Below, piece after piece: positions 60,361 through 64,000 of a stretch of DNA of 64,000 nt (position 1 is the stretch's first letter; each line of letters begins with the position of its first letter). The stretch is taken from the NCBI GenBank assembly GCA_963666425.2, contig OY762825.2:1376001-1440000 (forward strand), read 5' to 3'. The translations under genes were made by a program, and so were the position numbers. This stretch comes from Bacillota bacterium. GTDB lineage: Bacteria; Bacillota; JAAYKD01. The notes beneath the pieces were generated by a model, which made no database searches, had not been told where the DNA came from, and saw only the letters and a program-made list of their open reading frames with translations.

Positions 60361-61992
60361 TCAAGCCCTCCCACTTTCTTCGAAATCCAATTCATACAAG
60401 TAGAATCGCGCTCTCGTTTGCGCCGTGTAGAGGGTGGCACGGACACTTACGGTTTTCGGCTCGTTCTTGTATGTATGGTTAATATAAATCACGACATCCG
60501 ATTCAAGCCCTTTGAAACTCTGTATAGTCCTATAAGCTATTGATTCTGCGTCGGGCAAAATACGCTCATCACTGAGATTGTGACCGCTGACAAAGGCAGT
60601 TTCACTCAGGATAGAGTTTTCCTTCTTTCGATTGCTCAGAATAACTATCTTCTGTGCAGCGACACCTTCTCTATTAACCAACTTGTTAATAACAGAATCA
60701 ATGAATGCTACGGCTTGCGCTTTCCGTGTGAACTTTCGACAATCAGGTTCAACGCCCTCAATCTGATTAGCGATAGTGTCCAGATCTAAATTCGTCTGCT
60801 CTTGGGTATACCGAAGTATGTTCGCAGTGTTCCTGATGTTATAGCGAAGCACAAACGACGGCACATCGATAAAAAATTTTTCCCCAAAATTTCGCTTGAA
60901 AATGTTTTGGTTTTCATCGTAAAACACATAGAGCGAGCCACCGTCTTTCACCATCAAATTGGCGCAAAAAGCCCAATCCTCGGTAAAGTCCTGCCCCTCG
61001 TCAACAACTACCAAGTCATATCTTTGAAGGTTCGGCAAACCGCCTATGAGGCTACTATATTCCTTGTTGCCGTTTCGCTCAGGTGCAGTTGCGGCTTTAT
61101 CCCTGAGAAGCGAATACGCGTATGAATCAATGTTGTGGCAGTCGATATGGGGGTAATTAATAATTGATGCCACGGTATCGGCTAATGCTTTGTTGTAGCA
61201 AAGATATAAAGCATTACCTCCGCCTTGCACACAGCGGATAATTTTTTTGATTCCAATCCACGTCTTGCCCGTCCCAGCACCGCCGACAACAAACGCTTTG
61301 GGATAGTGCGTTAACAAGTCGATGACCGTGTCCTGTGTCCTGTTAATTTCGAGTAGTTCACGTTCTTTCTCCTGAATCAGTGCACCCGCTGAAATAGATA
61401 GGGCAATGCGCTTGTTAACCACGCTTATAAACTTCTTTTGGGCATCCGGGGACAGAAATGATGTCCCACCACGTCGCTGATTTCGAAAGAAACGGAAAAT
61501 CTCAGTCACTCGTTTTTGAAGGCTGTTCATCGCCGAAAGGTCAATGGTGGTTTCCATTGGCGATCCGACAGTAATCGGCGAGTTGATTGTGTAGTTGGGA
61601 TACGCCACCGCACATCCATATATGCCTGAAAATTGTGTCTCAATCTCGTCCTCATAGTATTTCTTAAAGAAACGCATACTCTGCTCAGCTTGGTCATATG
61701 GGGAACGCTTGAGCTTGCGTTCGCCATCGTGGTCGATCATATACCATACATTGTCCTCAACCCGCATTCCTGTGCCGCCTTTAACTTCAACGCAAAGGAA
61801 CCCATAGTCAGGGTTGAAAAGCAGGAAGTCACATTCACTATCCTCTCTGATGCCGTTGTTTGTAGAGTACCATCTGACTGAATAGAAAACATGATACTTA
61901 TCTGATAACTGCTCCTTGCAGGCATTGAAAAATTTCATCTCTGAGTAGGCGTGGTAGGCTTCGGGTATTTGAACGGGGTGCATAATAGCCAT
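60361..61992 (-). CDS. NERD nuclease fused to an SF1 (UvrD-like) helicase/ATPase
   Basis: ECDFLL...EVKGG, GGAGTGKT, VDEGQD, NIRNT, TIQSFKGLESD, YTAQTRA. Confidence 0.88.
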   Translation of the reverse strand: MAIMHPVQIPEAYHAYSEMKFFNACKEQLSDKYHVFYSVRWYSTNNGIREDSECDFLLFNPDYGFLCVEVKGGTGMRVEDNVWYMIDHDGERKLKRSPYDQAEQSMRFFKKYYEDEIETQFSGIYGCAVAYPNYTINSPITVGSPMETTIDLSAMNSLQKRVTEIFRFFRNQRRGGTSFLSPDAQKKFISVVNKRIALSISAGALIQEKERELLEINRTQDTVIDLLTHYPKAFVVGGAGTGKTWIGIKKIIRCVQGGGNALYLCYNKALADTVASIINYPHIDCHNIDSYAYSLLRDKAATAPERNGNKEYSSLIGGLPNLQRYDLVVVDEGQDFTEDWAFCANLMVKDGGSLYVFYDENQNIFKRNFGEKFFIDVPSFVLRYNIRNTANILRYTQEQTNLDLDTIANQIEGVEPDCRKFTRKAQAVAFIDSVINKLVNREGVAAQKIVILSNRKKENSILSETAFVSGHNLSDERILPDAESIAYRTIQSFKGLESDVVIYINHTYKNEPKTVSVRATLYTAQTRARFYLYELDFEESGRA

Positions 61993-61994
61993 AA

Positions 61995-63884
61995 TTAATC
62001 CTCCCAGAAACCTGACAGCTTCTCTTGCTTCTGCTTGTCGAAATATCCGCAGAGGTAGCCTCGGTCTAAATCTTTATTGAAGTGTTGGCATGATACTTCG
62101 TTTAGGAACAAGCAACCTGCACAAGCTTTTTCTTTATCGATGCAGATTGGGTCAAAGATGCATTTCTTTGAGCGGTCTTTCGCGTATTTCAACCAACGGT
62201 CAAAATGCGATTGAAATGCGCTGTACAATGCTCCCATATTGAAACCTTGCGAGTTCGAGCAATAAACGAACACTGCAGGAATGTTTGGCAAAATGTATTC
62301 CGAAAGTGAACTCTTGTCCAATCCGCATATTTCCGATGCTTCGTTTATCAATGCGTGAGATATACTGTGTATCAGGGTATAAACCCTCTTCGTAATTACT
62401 CCATATGTGTCGGTTTCATCGATTGACGTAAAAAGAGTTATACGGTCTAGACGAATACGGTCTAGAAACCACATTTTAATACCGTAATCACTCATATCCT
62501 GCGGAAAGTCTTCATTTTGAATCAACTTATTGTCCAGCAGCCAGTCTAGAACCTTTCGGCGGTCGAGTTCGAACAATACACCTTCGGTTTCTAGACGTGT
62601 AGCGTAGATGTTTTTCTTCTCCATCTCTTGTGGGAAGCCATGTAGCTTAACACCTTCTTTACATTCTCTTTCTTTGCGGGTGTAACCATATGCCGCAAAG
62701 ACGATGGGGACGCCAGAGCACATCTGAACATTGGAGAATCCCAGTGTCTTGGAAAGGACGACATAGTCTGGCTTGATGCCGTCATTGACGATTTCAGCGT
62801 CACATTCGGCATCCTCAAGTGACAGGACAACTTTCGCACGAACAAGCTCGTCGTACTCAAGAATCTCTTCGGCAATCGGCTTGATATCATCAGCACTTAC
62901 GACTGAGAGACCTTGTCCGACACGTTCGATGGCTTCGAAAACTTTCCCGCTTGGGTTTACCCGACGCTTAGCATCTAACACCATAGTAATAGTGGCTTCA
63001 TCCAGGCCGCCAATGCGGAGATTGTCTGCTTCTTTTTGCAAAGCTGTTTCAAACTCATCTTCTTGGGTGACATTCCCCTTTGCAATGATTCCTGCGTATT
63101 CATCTTGCGGTATCAACCCCAAGTATTGGGCGATAACAACTTTTTCGCCGCGCCTATCTTCCTCATTATCTAAGAACACATCTTTCCGCTTATCAAGAAG
63201 GTCAATGAGCGAAAGAGTAAAAGGAAAATAGTGTGATGAATCCAGTGCCGGTTTGATATCGAGCTTTGATTTGCACACAGGGCAATAGAATGGAATGTCT
63301 GCTTTCTGTCCACATTTCGTACATACGAAATCAATTCCGCTGCCGCGACGGGTCATATATTTTGTGCCGTGTTCTTTATTATGGCATTTTGGGACGAAGA
63401 TTCCATCTGCGTATCCACACTTGCAAAAGCGAATCATCCTTAGTTGGGTCATGTGCTTTCCGCACACATCGCATGGCTCGTGTTCGCGGCGTTTGAATTC
63501 TTCGTAGCTATAATATTGCCTTACACGTCCACAGGAGCTGCATACAAACACCCAAGGATTAACCGATGTAACAATGGCTCTTTCTTGCTCGCTAACCTTT
63601 GGAGTCAGCACATAGTAGTTTTCCTCGTTTATAACCGTTGAGAAGTTGACAATGGACGCTGCTCCATCAGGACTTCCGCTTTTGAATTCGCTAACACGCT
63701 GATTCACCACACGCAACAGGCGCTTGTTGTTGATGTCTGTCAAATGAACGCTGTTCCAACGGTCAACATGAACAGCATAGGTGAGACCACCGCCGCTTTG
63801 AGTAAAGTCCACCCAACTTCCGGGCAAATACTTATACAGGGCTTGGCGAACCCCACGACTCATTGTATTCTTGTCAGCTGGCAT
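61995..63884 (-). CDS. DrmB-like DUF1998 Zn-binding helicase partner
   Basis: Several CxxC pairs, GYTR, TEGVLFELD, LIHSISHALI, SLSEYI, CIFDPIC...ACAGCLFLNEVSC...FN..LDR. Confidence 0.85.
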   Translation of the reverse strand: MPADKNTMSRGVRQALYKYLPGSWVDFTQSGGGLTYAVHVDRWNSVHLTDINNKRLLRVVNQRVSEFKSGSPDGAASIVNFSTVINEENYYVLTPKVSEQERAIVTSVNPWVFVCSSCGRVRQYYSYEEFKRREHEPCDVCGKHMTQLRMIRFCKCGYADGIFVPKCHNKEHGTKYMTRRGSGIDFVCTKCGQKADIPFYCPVCKSKLDIKPALDSSHYFPFTLSLIDLLDKRKDVFLDNEEDRRGEKVVIAQYLGLIPQDEYAGIIAKGNVTQEDEFETALQKEADNLRIGGLDEATITMVLDAKRRVNPSGKVFEAIERVGQGLSVVSADDIKPIAEEILEYDELVRAKVVLSLEDAECDAEIVNDGIKPDYVVLSKTLGFSNVQMCSGVPIVFAAYGYTRKERECKEGVKLHGFPQEMEKKNIYATRLETEGVLFELDRRKVLDWLLDNKLIQNEDFPQDMSDYGIKMWFLDRIRLDRITLFTSIDETDTYGVITKRVYTLIHSISHALINEASEICGLDKSSLSEYILPNIPAVFVYCSNSQGFNMGALYSAFQSHFDRWLKYAKDRSKKCIFDPICIDKEKACAGCLFLNEVSCQHFNKDLDRGYLCGYFDKQKQEKLSGFWED

Positions 63885-63896
63885 TTCTCGTCCCTC

Positions 63897-64000
63897 CTAT
63901 TTCATCTCAACGATGAGTTGTTTGTCAGTGTCTCGAAGGCTCAACATAACTCGGAAATAGCAATGTTTGAAAACTTCTGTGATATACAAATTACCGTCAA
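63897..64000 (-). CDS. 3' end of upstream operon gene, probably a DrmA-like helicase (truncated by the window)
   Basis: Reads DGNLYITEVFKHCYFRVMLSLRDTDKQLIVEMK*. SLRD(T/V)(D/E) is the usual DrmA C-terminal motif, and the stop overlaps the drmB-like SD. Confidence 0.6.
   Translation of the reverse strand, partial: DGNLYITEVFKHCYFRVMLSLRDTDKQLIVEMK

Noticed and set aside
1-64000. tRNA, rRNA, integrase or intact transposase genes
   Set aside because: None recognised by eye in this window.

Overview
A 64-kb chromosomal window from an anaerobic Bacillota-type bacterium, judged from the T-box, sigmaA promoters, strong SD sites and class III RNR. Positions 1-55 kb are mostly housekeeping and metabolic genes: a five-gene flavin/Fe-S amino-acid dehydrogenase operon, nrdG-nrdD with tandem NrdR boxes, T-box-controlled archaeal-type valS, a D-glutamate-cyclase-like gene pair, a heterodimeric ABC exporter, copA-csoR, five MATE transporters, amidohydrolases, a GGDEF-EAL protein and an attenuator-controlled ABC-F protein. 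Two accessory segments stand out. (1) A ~1.4-kb relic insert (GNAT pseudogene, HAD hydrolase, dCTP-deaminase stub) lies between the two arms of what looks like one split nrdD/valS terminator. (2) From ~55.2 kb to the window end is a defence-island-like region: an AAA_14/DUF4143 gene, 23-bp tandem repeats and a tightly packed minus-strand operon of [partial DrmA-like gene] - DrmB-like DUF1998 protein - NERD nuclease/SF1 helicase - B12-binding radical SAM protein - GHKL (Hsp90/MORC-like) ATPase. This DISARM-like core coupled to a radical SAM/GHKL module, with no PLD nuclease downstream, is the best candidate for an undescribed system. It is cut off by the window edge. All family assignments come from motif recognition, not database searches.
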